Positions 30,757 through 41,009 of a stretch of 64,000 bases of DNA are shown piece by piece. This stretch comes from a virus (Duplodnaviria; Heunggongvirae; Uroviricota; Caudoviricetes). The notes beneath the pieces were generated by a model. That model worked only from the letters and a program-made list of their open reading frames with translations, had not been told where the DNA came from and did not search any database. The stretch lies in the IMG/VR virus record IMGVR_UViG_3300028833_000099. The stretch is one strand, 5' to 3'. Every line of letters begins with the position of its first letter. Within the stretch, counting starts at the first letter, position 1. Made by a program: the position numbers and the translations under genes.

Positions 30757-31684
30757 ATATAATATTATTTTGGTTATAAATGTTTTTATAAATTCTATCA
30801 CTAAAAATATTGTATTTTTTTACTATTGATTCCCTAATATAATATTTTAATTTAATTCCGTGTGCTTCACAAATTTCTTTTTTTCTTAAGTCTCTTTCTA
30901 TTTCGTTTTCTAAAGAACTTGTAAAAAAACTAGATTCAATAAAATGCTGTATTCCTTGACACTCGATAGCCACATTTTCTTTATCCAAATAAAAATCCAC
31001 ACTTTGATTACCAAGAATACCGCCAATATTACTATACCTTTCATTAGAAATACCCATTCCGTTTAGAATCAATAGTATTTCATTTTCTAACGTACTATTT
31101 TTACAATCTGGACACCCTTGACCTCTTAAATGTGCTGAAGGTATCTGCCAAAATTCGCCATGCTCTGGACATATTATGCACACTTTTGTCTCATTATTTA
31201 TATATTCTACTTTAGAATAGTCATACTTATCACCATGAACTTTTTTAGCATCATTAATAAAGGCATCTAATTTTTTTTTCAATTTATTTGCTGCATTTTT
31301 TCTACCGCAAATTGGACATCCTTGACCTTGAAGATGATTTATAGGCTGCTGCATAAATTCTCCATGTATAGGGCATCCTATTTTAACTTTAGTATGATTA
31401 GTTACATATTCTACTTTAGAATAGTTATATTTATCACCATGAATTTGTTTCGCCTCGTTAATAAATTGCTCTGTAGTTTTGCGATAAATTTTAGACCTTT
31501 CTTCAATTCCACATTTTTTACAGCCATGACCTTGAAGATGGTCGTTTGGTCTTATAAAAAATTCCCCGTGTTTTGGGCATATTATACAAACTTTTTTATC
31601 ATTTCTCTCATATGCAACTTTCGAATAATCATATTTATCTCCGTGTATTTTTTTGGCTTTTACTATAAAATTTTCACTATTCAT
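30749..31684 (-). CDS. homing-endonuclease-like protein with three zinc-ribbon repeats
   Basis: Three tandem repeats of K.HGDKYDYSKVEY...CP.HGEF...HL.G.GC..C, followed by a C-terminal domain that may be a nuclease fold. Confidence 0.45.
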   Translation of the reverse strand: MNSENFIVKAKKIHGDKYDYSKVAYERNDKKVCIICPKHGEFFIRPNDHLQGHGCKKCGIEERSKIYRKTTEQFINEAKQIHGDKYNYSKVEYVTNHTKVKIGCPIHGEFMQQPINHLQGQGCPICGRKNAANKLKKKLDAFINDAKKVHGDKYDYSKVEYINNETKVCIICPEHGEFWQIPSAHLRGQGCPDCKNSTLENEILLILNGMGISNERYSNIGGILGNQSVDFYLDKENVAIECQGIQHFIESSFFTSSLENEIERDLRKKEICEAHGIKLKYYIRESIVKKYNIFSDRIYKNIYNQNNIIYA

Positions 31685-31805
31685 ATTATTTGTTTTGCCA
31701 TAAATATATGATTATAGCAATTTATTACCCATAACTTAATAAATTAAGTAATTTTGATGCAAAGGTATAAAAAAAAAATGAGAGTTCAAATAGTGAACCC
31801 CCATT

Positions 31806-32138
31806 TTAATATACTTTAACATTTAAAATCGTGCGCCATAACATTTCGCTAAAAAGTTTGTTTACAACTTTTTCATATTTATAATTTTCCAAATCTTCTA
31901 GCATTGGATATTGTTTTTTCAATGCTGTCGGTTTTTCATTAATTGGATATGCAATTTTGATTTTTATTGGTTTCAAATTATCCTCCGTATAATTATTTCC
32001 ATATGGATTTATATCATATGAATAATACGCAGTAACCTCTTCAACATCGTAATGATTCATTGCAATAAGGTTTTCGCATTTCCAATCTTCTAATTCAATT
32101 TCGATTTTCATCTTTCCAGTAGCAATATAAACAGCCAT
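31806..32138 (-). CDS. hypothetical protein
   Basis: 110-aa ORF. Confidence 0.4.
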   Translation of the reverse strand: MAVYIATGKMKIEIELEDWKCENLIAMNHYDVEEVTAYYSYDINPYGNNYTEDNLKPIKIKIAYPINEKPTALKKQYPMLEDLENYKYEKVVNKLFSEMLWRTILNVKVY

Positions 32139-32868
32139 TGTTACATTTATGCGGCTTTATTTTTAATAATTCTTTTTTATTACTAGGGCAATGACAACTG
32201 TTTCGTTGTCCTTTACTTCCTTCCAATGTAATGTCATCAGTAAGACCTAAAATATCAATATCTTTCTGAGAAAGACAAGGTACGCTCTCAATTCCTGGTT
32301 CACCACAAGCTTCAACAGATTCATAACCGCATTCTTCAGCACAATATTTAATTGCTGTTAAGTATTTGAGCCTTTCTTTTAGTGGGGCATGAAATTCACC
32401 ATTATATAGTTCAACCCCAATCTCTTTAAAACGCTCTCTGACGTGTTTATAATTATCCAAGAAGGAAATCCTTACCCTTTTAATCCCAAGCCCCCTAAAG
32501 AGTCTTAAAACGCTTGTAGCGGTGTTTAACCCTTTAATAGTTGGAACTATTGGGTCAACCCTTAATACTATATGGTCTATTGGGAAACCACCATCAATCA
32601 ACTTTTGTAACTTTCCTAAAGTTGCTTGCGGACTAGGAACAAACGGTTCAATACGAGTGTTACCCATACCAGTCACGGTAAGATGTAATATTATCTTATC
32701 TTTATACTCGATAAGTTTTTCTATCAATTTATCGGTTAGCCTTTTTGTGATGATAATATTAGCCTTATATAGCCTATCGAAAGCATCTAGGTTATAAGCG
32801 ATTTCACCTGATTCCGTGGTCCCAATTCTATTTCCTATGTCTGAAACTGATTTTTTTGTCGAAGCCAT
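32095..32868 (-). CDS. hypothetical protein with C-terminal CX3CX2C motif
   Basis: 257 aa. The C-terminal CNNGCLYC and preceding CHCP cysteines point to metal binding. Function unknown. Confidence 0.45.
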   Translation of the reverse strand: MASTKKSVSDIGNRIGTTESGEIAYNLDAFDRLYKANIIITKRLTDKLIEKLIEYKDKIILHLTVTGMGNTRIEPFVPSPQATLGKLQKLIDGGFPIDHIVLRVDPIVPTIKGLNTATSVLRLFRGLGIKRVRISFLDNYKHVRERFKEIGVELYNGEFHAPLKERLKYLTAIKYCAEECGYESVEACGEPGIESVPCLSQKDIDILGLTDDITLEGSKGQRNSCHCPSNKKELLKIKPHKCNNGCLYCYWKDENRN

Positions 32869-33592
32869 GCGATTCTATATGTTGGTCGTTAGTTCTTGTA
32901 TCTTCAAATTCTTTATCTCTTAGAGAAGATATGTATTCATAAAGGTTATTCCATGCTTCTTTAGCATCAATAAATTTCGGTATGTATGTGCTATAAAGTA
33001 TTGGATTATACACTATCTGCTCTTTATCATCATCATATATTTTGAAAACATTTTTATATTGTCTAGTTATCGGAAGGATTGAAATTGGGGCATAAGCCAC
33101 TCTATCATCTGCTTTTTCAACCCTTTCTTTTTTGATTAGACGGTATTTTAAAATTAGTTTTTTATCATCATTATCATCTATGTATCTTTCAACTTCAAAT
33201 ATATAATGATAAAACCCAATTTCAAGCAAGAAATGTAGTATTTTACCTTCCATTAAATCAACTGGTGATTTAATTGGTTTAACTCTATGTCCTTTACTCA
33301 AAAGCCTCTCCCTCTCTTTCTCTTCTTTTTCTATTGACAGTCTAGTAGCAACAGAATTAGAATTGTAAATTTTAATCGGTTTCCTTTTTATGTCATCGTA
33401 AAGTATCTCACGTCTAAACCAGCGGTCAAAATTGGCGTTAGTATAATTGCCACAGTAAAGACCTCTATCGCATATTGGCTTGGAAACTTCAATCGGAAAC
33501 GAGCCTCTTCTATCATAAACCACCAACTCATCTATGCCATAGATTCCTTGCAAATAGTCATAATAATCTTTATTTTTATCTATAATTCTCAT
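32828..33592 (-). CDS. hypothetical protein (C-terminus paralogous to 57399..58151)
   Basis: C-terminal SHGFDKKISFRHRK matches SHGFDLKMSFRKRK in the other ORF. Confidence 0.45.
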   Translation of the reverse strand: MRIIDKNKDYYDYLQGIYGIDELVVYDRRGSFPIEVSKPICDRGLYCGNYTNANFDRWFRREILYDDIKRKPIKIYNSNSVATRLSIEKEEKERERLLSKGHRVKPIKSPVDLMEGKILHFLLEIGFYHYIFEVERYIDDNDDKKLILKYRLIKKERVEKADDRVAYAPISILPITRQYKNVFKIYDDDKEQIVYNPILYSTYIPKFIDAKEAWNNLYEYISSLRDKEFEDTRTNDQHIESHGFDKKISFRHRK

Positions 33593-33964
33593 AGTCGTAA
33601 AACAATTAAACGCTAGACAATAAACTTTGTTATCATCTAGCGTTATTTAACATAATAATCTTTCTTCACTAAAGATTACTCAGCTACCACACTGTCAGCC
33701 TCAACTACAAGAGAGTCAACAACAGTAGAATCAACTACTGCTACGCTGTCAGAGTCGTTTGCTGGAGTCTCGCACTTACTTGTTCCGCAGTTGCAAGAAG
33801 CAAATGTCATGGCAACGCTAGCCATAAACAAAAATACTAACTTTTTCATTTCTAATTTTTTTTAATTTTAAATTGTTATTTAACTTAAATAAATATCATC
33901 TTTTTGAAATTTGTGCAAAGATATAAATATTTTTTTAAAATTCCAAATTTTTAATGCAGAAATT

Positions 33965-34549
33965 TTATTTTATTACTTGATTGAAAATTTCTACTATACG
34001 ATTCTTATGATTAAAAGCCCATTCATAATTATCAATGTCCTTGACCTTAACCCAAGTAATCTTGCCCACCTCTTTACCTTCATTATGTTCTTTAGAGAAT
34101 TCAAAATCAGATGTAATGCGGTCTTCTATTTTGGCAGCAAAACGGAAAGTAACGTTCTGCCTATTTGCTTTAACTGGGTCATCCTCATAACCAATGAATA
34201 TCAAACTTTCAATAGGAAGTTTAACACCTGTTTCCTCAAAGCACTCACGCACAGCACATTCTTTGGTGGTTTCATCATAATCAAGATAGCCACAAGTGCA
34301 ATTCCACATGCCTCTGAAATCTGCCGCCTCTTCTCCACGCTCTGATGCTAGGACGCACCAATCGCCTTCTTCATCCTTACAGAATGCAAATAGGGCTGTT
34401 GCCATTGAACGGCTAAACCAACCAATAAAACATTTATTGATAAGTTCCAAGAATACTTCTTCATTAATACCGTTTTTTTTGCAAATTTCTCTTATGCCTT
34501 CGATAAGTTTATTCATGTCCAGACAAGGACGATTTGTCATTTTCTCCAT
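33965..34549 (-). CDS. Nudix hydrolase
   Basis: Nudix box GYLDYDETTKECAVRECFEETGV (G-x5-E-x7-REUxEExGU). Confidence 0.8.
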   Translation of the reverse strand: MEKMTNRPCLDMNKLIEGIREICKKNGINEEVFLELINKCFIGWFSRSMATALFAFCKDEEGDWCVLASERGEEAADFRGMWNCTCGYLDYDETTKECAVRECFEETGVKLPIESLIFIGYEDDPVKANRQNVTFRFAAKIEDRITSDFEFSKEHNEGKEVGKITWVKVKDIDNYEWAFNHKNRIVEIFNQVIK

Positions 34550-35010
34550 GCTTTTTTATTATATTTATTTTTTTCGTAACTTTTATTATACCAAGGTTGT
34601 TCTTCTTTTTCTCTTGGGTGATAGCTACTGCTTATTTTGTTGTTAGACCTATAAAGTTTTCTAGATAACTTTCTAGATAATGTAATTGGTGGGTGTCTTA
34701 AAGTATAAAAATTATGATATATTTGAAACCAATCTATTTTTGATGAACTGTAATAAGCAATAGTCCATTTTAAATCACGAGCAATCCTATCTATTACATA
34801 TCTAAGACCTTTATCGTTTGCTACGCCAAATGAATTGATAATTGTGTCTATGTAGTCAGATTTTCCGCATAGACCAAAAATATAGCGCCTTGGATTAGGA
34901 GCGTTTTCACATGCATACGCACATAACGATAAGTCGTTTTTCCATGTGCCATATAGCTTTTTCTCATGTAGATAATCTATCCAATCTAGATATAATTCTG
35001 GGTATTCCAT
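34537..35010 (-). CDS. hypothetical protein
   Basis: 157-aa ORF. Confidence 0.4.
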   Translation of the reverse strand: MEYPELYLDWIDYLHEKKLYGTWKNDLSLCAYACENAPNPRRYIFGLCGKSDYIDTIINSFGVANDKGLRYVIDRIARDLKWTIAYYSSSKIDWFQIYHNFYTLRHPPITLSRKLSRKLYRSNNKISSSYHPREKEEQPWYNKSYEKNKYNKKAWRK

Positions 35011-35504
35011 TATTTCGTAAATAACTTAAAAAAACCGTCCACTAATGTATCATATATACTTTTCTTTAGTTTACTGCTTCCGATGTATGTAGAATGATGT
35101 TTCTCTTTTTTATCAGTCATATACAGTCTAGCACTCATAATATGGTTAATGCTTGCTTTATTCTCTTCGAACATAAATTCATCATATACGTTTTGCCACC
35201 AACGGTATGTTCCGTTGCCACTTATGAATTCATCTATGCGTCGGCATATTTTTTTGATTGTGCCAGTGTATTCTAAACCAAAATAACTACCGCTAAATCC
35301 TCTTCTTTGGCACATTTCATTTATTCTATTGACGTATTTTTGGAATAATTTTCTTTTTTTTAGGAAAGCGTACCATTTTCTTTCAATATTACAATGCCAC
35401 AATTTATGTCTCTTGTTATTCGCAAGAACAAGTTGTTGCGCCAAAAACTTAATTTTATTGTGTTCTGTTAGTCTTTTATTCATATAACCATACCATTCTG
35501 CCAT
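35010..35504 (-). CDS. hypothetical protein
   Basis: 164-aa ORF. Confidence 0.4.
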   Translation of the reverse strand: MAEWYGYMNKRLTEHNKIKFLAQQLVLANNKRHKLWHCNIERKWYAFLKKRKLFQKYVNRINEMCQRRGFSGSYFGLEYTGTIKKICRRIDEFISGNGTYRWWQNVYDEFMFEENKASINHIMSARLYMTDKKEKHHSTYIGSSKLKKSIYDTLVDGFFKLFTK

Positions 35505-35714
35505 ACCATTTTGCCATATAATGCAAAGATACTAAAAAAAAATTGAATATCCAAAATAAAACCGTTAAAAAAACAAAAAGTTGGTGCATCTGCATCAACT
35601 TTTATTCAACTTTTTTTAATAATGCCTATATGAATATTTATAATATTTCTCATTATAGCACTGTGCATACTGGTTAAAATACCATTTAATTGCTTTCTTA
35701 GCTAAATTACCAAT

Positions 35715-36370
35715 TGTCTTCATAATTATTTCCCTTTCTTCACTTAATTAAAAATTTGTTTAACTCATAAACATCAAATCCCCTATTAGTTAGGGTAATG
35801 TTAAGAAGCGTCAAATACTTACGATATTGTTTATCGTTCAAGATATAAGACATATATTTGATATTCTTCTTAACAGCGTTTGCAACGATTTTCTCGCTGC
35901 TCTCTTCTGTATCCATGCAAGATGCAAAAACCAAATCTCTCTCAAGTTCTGAGATTATTTCATCCGACATTTCCATCTGGTCTTTTGACATATTCAACGC
36001 ACATGCCAATTTACGATGATTTACTTTCAACTCATACTTTTCAGTATTTGCTAACTTAGTTGCATTGTTATCCTCTGCAAATGAATACACACTCATGGTG
36101 AGCATCATCACCATCATTAAAAAAAACTTCTTCATAATTATTTCCCTTTTTACACTTATTTACTTACTTTTTTTTTAAGGAACTGTTAAAGGGTCTAAAC
36201 CCCCAACAATTCCGCTGCACTTACTGTTCTTTTCGTTTGGCTAGGGCAAAACTTCCCAAGCTGTCATTACACCAATGGAATCATTCCAGTGGGAGTCATG
36301 CTAGCATAGTTGTTAAGCCAAGCATGTAGATAATTTGCTATCTTCTTCATAATTATTTCCCTTTCAATTT
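35715..36370 (-). repeat. three copies of a conserved 5' UTR/start element, AAAGGGAAATAATTATGAAG(A/G), heading small ORFs
   Basis: Copies at ~35717, ~36133 and ~36348 on the plus strand as CTTCATAATTATTTCCCTTT. Each precedes an MK(K/T)... small ORF (131, ~28 and ~35 aa). Confidence 0.5.
35740..36135 (-). CDS. secreted small protein
   Basis: Signal peptide MKKFFLMMVMMLTMSVYSFA. The conserved 5' element AAAGGGAAATAATTATGAAG is shared with two small ORFs nearby. Confidence 0.45.
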   Translation of the reverse strand: MKKFFLMMVMMLTMSVYSFAEDNNATKLANTEKYELKVNHRKLACALNMSKDQMEMSDEIISELERDLVFASCMDTEESSEKIVANAVKKNIKYMSYILNDKQYRKYLTLLNITLTNRGFDVYELNKFLIK

Positions 36371-36888
36371 AAATTTAACAATCTGATATAGATATGAAAA
36401 ATAACCATATAGGTCTTTGTAATACTCATCAGCCAATTTCAACTTAGACCATTTATAATACCCTAGCTTTATAAATCCTACAGATGAGAAACTTTCTTTT
36501 GCACTTCTTCCTATTATTTTTTCAAGTTCTCTACTGTTCCTTGCTTTCTAGTGATTACATAACCAAGGTTAAATTTCAAGTTTTCTATATCAACCATTAT
36601 TCACTCACTTCCTATAATATATATTATATAATTTTTTTAAAACAATCATTTTATTAATCTATTTTCAAAAAACACCCTTAATTTTGACGTAAGTCAATTA
36701 TGTGTGTGCGAACACACCAATCATTTATAACATTGCAAAGATATGAAAAATATAATTAATACCCAAAATTTCCAAAGTAAAATTGTTGTTTTTACACTTT
36801 TAATTGATATAAGTCAGTTCTTAATAATTATCTAAAAATGAAAAAAAGCACTCATTTCTGAGTGCTTGGATATAAAACAAGAAGCATT

Positions 36889-36962
36889 AAAGGTGGGATT
36901 CGAACCCACAAAAGATAGTTTTGCAGACTATTGAGTATACCATTCCTCCACAGAGTTACTTG
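36889..36962 (-). tRNA. tRNA (anticodon loop CTGCAAA, GCA, Cys-like)
   Basis: T-arm GTGGGTTCGAATCCCAC and anticodon stem ATAGT/ACTAT. Acceptor pairing is imperfect. Confidence 0.4.
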
Positions 36963-36976
36963 CTGTATGCTTCTTT

Positions 36977-37061
36977 GTAGCGAGGGTTGGTTTCGAACCA
37001 ACGATGAGCCGAAGCTCCCTTCCTTATGAGAGAAGTGCGATAGACCACTCTGCCACCTCGC
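36977..37061 (-). tRNA. type II tRNA with anticodon loop CTCATAA (CAU)
   Basis: Acceptor GGCGAGG/CCTCGCT, Leu/Ser-like D-arm TGGCAGAGTGGTCTA, anticodon stem CTTCT/GGAAG and a long variable hairpin GAGCTTCGGCTC. Confidence 0.5.
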
Positions 37062-37134
37062 CATTAAGTAGCTGCGTCACTAGAATAAATCCGTTCACTA
37101 TGTTTAAGGTTGTGTACACATACCTACAGCTACT

Positions 37135-37722
37135 TTATCTTCTATCAACGAAATTTAAAAGAAGAAAACCATTTTCATTCTCATATTTCTTGATGTAGTA
37201 TCTATTTCTGAAACTAGATAGGATTGGAAGTAAACGATAAAACCAATTACTATTGCTCATATCAATAATGTTAGGAGTTCCGTTTTTCGCTTCATACTTA
37301 AAGGTATGCAACTTTTCCCCATCATATTTCCTATGACCACCTATATATTTAATGTTTGGATATATGGTTTCCATTATCCCACATATTTCAGAGAATTTTT
37401 TCTCAATTCTTTTGTATTCTGTGTCGTTATTCTTATCGTATAAAGACGCTTCAAAAACCACATTAAGAGTTACATCACCTTTATCATTGAGATATTTGAG
37501 CGTTTCATAGAATGAAAACAAATTATACTCATATTTTCCATTTTTTACAATGATATGGCAATGATTATCAGCATATAAATGGAAATCAAATAGTCTCACG
37601 CCACAATATGTATACTGCTCTTTGTAGTCTGCCGATTGGCATCTTCCAAACCATTTGAAAGCCTTAGACCACCATGTAGATGGTCTAAGGTATGTTAATG
37701 AATTATTAGACCCTATAAACAT
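37135..37722 (-). CDS. hypothetical protein
   Basis: 195-aa ORF. Confidence 0.45.
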   Translation of the reverse strand: MFIGSNNSLTYLRPSTWWSKAFKWFGRCQSADYKEQYTYCGVRLFDFHLYADNHCHIIVKNGKYEYNLFSFYETLKYLNDKGDVTLNVVFEASLYDKNNDTEYKRIEKKFSEICGIMETIYPNIKYIGGHRKYDGEKLHTFKYEAKNGTPNIIDMSNSNWFYRLLPILSSFRNRYYIKKYENENGFLLLNFVDRR

Positions 37723-37792
37723 TACTTACTTACACTATTAAAATATATTATTTTCTAATATATAATAAATATTCCCCACTTTTCAATAGTTC

Positions 37793-39088
37793 TTAATACC
37801 AAACTACAGATTTATCTTTTACCCAATTAGGGAATAATGTATATCTTGTGTAGATAGGCTCTCTTTCATCACACCATACGAATCTTGTCTCTACGGCAAT
37901 CTTCTCTGGAGCACGACCAGTCTCTACCTCAAGTTCAATAACGTTATTACCGTTCTTAACGATTACAGGAATTGACTTAACAGCATCTGCACCACTAATG
38001 TTCCAATTAGCTGCTCCCAAGTCAACTTTAAAGCTAACTGGAGCCTTAGATACTGTGTTACGTCTTGTGTTAACCATTGTACTAGTTGATACACCAAATG
38101 CTTCGTGAACCTCTTTACCACCAACAGTTAAAGGTAGTGTTCCACCAGCTGCTTGAAGTACTATGTAAGCAACAAGACGGTTGTCATTAAGTTCGCCATT
38201 CCACTCATTAGCTACCTTTGCGTCAAATACGACATCATTATAGTCGAAATCTGACTCAGAAGCACCAAGGTCTTCAGCAATGATTCTTACTGCACCTTCC
38301 ATGTTGTACATAGCAGGAGAAATTTTTACAATCCAATCATTGAAAACCCAATCCCTATCTACGTCCATATTAACATTAGCATCTTGTCCTACTGGATGGT
38401 ATCCAACAATGTCAAATCCGACATAATAAGCACCATCAATCTCAAGCACAATGTAATCATAGTGATAAGATGCATCTGATGTGTTATGATAACCAAATTG
38501 GTCTGCGACATCACCAGTACCCATGTTAATCATCAATGTTGTGCCGATAAACTTTTCATGTGTAACATCATCTGTATACTCAGTTGTGTTATTAGCGTTA
38601 TTGAAATTATAAACATGCTCATAACTATTTGTGTTATAGTTCCATGCAATAAGTTGGTTCATAACGCCACTAGGGAATACATGCGTTCCGTTTCCATCTA
38701 CTGAGTAATTAGTTCCTTGATAAACTTGCTGTACCCAATAGTTATCCCAAGGAAGGTTTATTGTGTGGGTTGCACCCTCACGAACCTTTGAAAACTCAGA
38801 AACAACCTTTGTTTTTTCTGCATCTGTAACGTTTACAGGACGTTCCCATTGCTGATACCACAAGTTACCATTAACATTATTCCCTCTTGTGGTTGCTTTT
38901 GTAAAATCGAACACCTTAATTGATTCATCGAATCCCCAAGTCTGTGTCTTGTCAATCTCACCAAAAGTTTTTGCGAACTCAGCTTCAAATTTGGCATTTG
39001 CTGCCTCTTGTGGGCTATAGTCAAAGTCATTCTTGTTACAAGCTGTAAATGACAAAAGGGCAATTATCCCAAAAATAATTTTTTTCAT
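37793..39088 (-). CDS. Bacteroidota-type lipoprotein
   Basis: Signal peptide with lipobox LLSFTAC, 431 aa. Confidence 0.55.
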   Translation of the reverse strand: MKKIIFGIIALLSFTACNKNDFDYSPQEAANAKFEAEFAKTFGEIDKTQTWGFDESIKVFDFTKATTRGNNVNGNLWYQQWERPVNVTDAEKTKVVSEFSKVREGATHTINLPWDNYWVQQVYQGTNYSVDGNGTHVFPSGVMNQLIAWNYNTNSYEHVYNFNNANNTTEYTDDVTHEKFIGTTLMINMGTGDVADQFGYHNTSDASYHYDYIVLEIDGAYYVGFDIVGYHPVGQDANVNMDVDRDWVFNDWIVKISPAMYNMEGAVRIIAEDLGASESDFDYNDVVFDAKVANEWNGELNDNRLVAYIVLQAAGGTLPLTVGGKEVHEAFGVSTSTMVNTRRNTVSKAPVSFKVDLGAANWNISGADAVKSIPVIVKNGNNVIELEVETGRAPEKIAVETRFVWCDEREPIYTRYTLFPNWVKDKSVVWY

Positions 39089-39829
39089 CGTTTCAATATT
39101 TTTTTAATTAAATTATTATAACTAATGTCGGTAGTCATGGATTTGCACCACTGCTGCCTAGGTCAACATTCTCGTACAATGTACTACTACCGTTGAGAAA
39201 CAAAAAGGTTAACCCCTATGCAATAGTTAGCTACGCCATTGCTAGTTGGATTAACCTTAAAAGCCCTTGCATCCCAATCTGCCTCACGTGCTGGCTAGGT
39301 GATACAAATATAAGTCTGTTAAACCACAAGCATAATTTTCTATTAATATATAATTTATTATATTATAGTTCTATATTATATTATAGTTCTATTTAAAGTG
39401 CTTGCATAATTATTCTATAGGGCTATTCATACCCCCTCCCATAGCATTAGGGTCTTGACCACCCATAGCGTTTGGGTCTTGAGGTATACCGCTTAATTGT
39501 CTAACAAAACTTTCCTTAAGACTTTTTAGCGTATTCTATGCCGTATTCAAAGAATTTCCTACATAACTCGCTCACTTGATTGTGCGTCATTAATGATGAT
39601 TCACCAAGTAAAGCTATCCTCAATTTCTTACGGAAATAATCTTGCATTTCTTTATCCTTTGACATCATCATAATTTTATTCTTATTTTAATAAGTTAATT
39701 TTTCAAGAAATTCATCTTCATCTTCTTCTTTAACATATATTCCCATATCGAAAATACATCTAGGTCTGCGATTCGCAAATTCGCACCTAAAATATAATTG
39801 ACATTTTTCATCACATGGTATCATAAATA

Positions 39830-40117
39830 TTATGTTTTAAGAAAATTATTTGAAATATCTTTTCCTTCTTTTCGTTGTTTTTTATTCTTTATATGCGATT
39901 CTATTTTTTCATACACATAAGACCATTTTCTAGTAACAGTCTTATACTGTTTAGCTTTACTCTCTGGAGTATCTAACTCTTTCCAGTTTTTCGCATGTCT
40001 CCATTTGTTAGGAGCATTTTTATCTTCGACATCCCAATAATATAGAACTTTTTTCAGCCTAGATACATATTTCATGTGGTCTTTCCACCTTCTATATGCT
40101 TTATCCCTAGTTTTCAT
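39830..40117 (-). CDS. basic hypothetical protein
   Basis: 95 aa, K/R/W-rich. Confidence 0.35.
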   Translation of the reverse strand: MKTRDKAYRRWKDHMKYVSRLKKVLYYWDVEDKNAPNKWRHAKNWKELDTPESKAKQYKTVTRKWSYVYEKIESHIKNKKQRKEGKDISNNFLKT

Positions 40118-40166
40118 AATTATAAATATTCGAATACGTACAAAAATAATTAGTATCTGAAATTAG

Positions 40167-40250
40167 AACACCACATGGGATTCGAACCCATAAGACCTTT
40201 CGATACCTCTTTAGGAGAGAGGGACGCTTCCAATTACGTGCTAGTGGTGC
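40167..40250 (-). tRNA. tRNA-like gene (anticodon loop CTCCTAA, CCU; extended variable region)
   Basis: Acceptor GCACCAC/GTGGTGT, anticodon stem CCTCT/AGAGG, T-arm ATGGGTTCGAATCCCAT. At 84 nt it is atypical. Confidence 0.4.
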
Positions 40251-40306
40251 GTTTTAATAAAAAAAAGGCTTATCATCCATTCTCCTAAATGATAAGCCTT
40301 AGTTTT

Positions 40307-40915
40307 TTAGTGTCTACCGAGTCTGAACCTACGATTCATAACGGTATCAGCACTCTCTGCCACTGGAGGATTCTTCCAAGGCTCGTTGCTTCCAAGAACA
40401 TCATCTTCAATAAGTTTTTTGTCTGATGGTGTTTCATCTTTCTCTAGCTTGCGAACAAAACGTCCGTTTGCGTCTCTCTGAGCAGTGCGCTGCTCCATTG
40501 CACGATAGTTAGCTGAAGCAACTTTATCGATGCTAGGACGTGCCACACGTACCTCTGGTCTACCACACTGACTCTGCCTTGGCTGTACGCAGCCATTCAG
40601 CAACTCAGTAACAACGCAAAGCAACACAGCCGAAGCAATTTGAAGCTCTGGAGTACTGTCAATCAAGTAAACGTGTCCACTACCACAGTCAAAGGCAAGA
40701 ATCGCATGCACACCATTACGTGCCTCATTGCGGATTGTACGTGCCTCTTCACTAGTGAGAGTAAGCTGACGAACCTCGTTAGGGCCAGTTGCACACTCTA
40801 CATGATTTTCAGAGAGGTGATAAATAACGAGACGGAGATTAGACTTGTCGCTGCACTGTGACAAAATCTCAGCCATAGGGCTGTTGTCAGAATGAAGTTT
40901 TGCGAATTTCCACAT
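40307..40915 (-). CDS. hypothetical protein in a GC-rich island, with C-terminal NGRFVRK motif
   Basis: 202 aa. Local GC is far above the window background. C-terminal RDANGRFVRK. Confidence 0.5.
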   Translation of the reverse strand: MWKFAKLHSDNSPMAEILSQCSDKSNLRLVIYHLSENHVECATGPNEVRQLTLTSEEARTIRNEARNGVHAILAFDCGSGHVYLIDSTPELQIASAVLLCVVTELLNGCVQPRQSQCGRPEVRVARPSIDKVASANYRAMEQRTAQRDANGRFVRKLEKDETPSDKKLIEDDVLGSNEPWKNPPVAESADTVMNRRFRLGRH

Positions 40916-41009
40916 AAAGTCTCTTATCTTTTTAAGTTAATACTTTGAAAAAAAGTAGGTAGCCATTTTGGTGGCTACCCACCTAGCTTAGATGCGCCTC
41001 TAACTTTGA

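Noticed and set aside
32095-32868. Calling ORF 32095-32868 a radical SAM enzyme
   Set aside because: A CX3CX2C motif is present but at the extreme C-terminus, and no other radical-SAM hallmarks (glycine-rich SAM motif, N-terminal placement) could be seen by eye. It is kept as a Cys-rich protein of unknown function.
36852-37064. 70-aa minus-strand ORF
   Set aside because: It is entirely overlapped by two tRNA genes (36889-36962 and 36977-37061), so it is a spurious translation of tRNA sequence.
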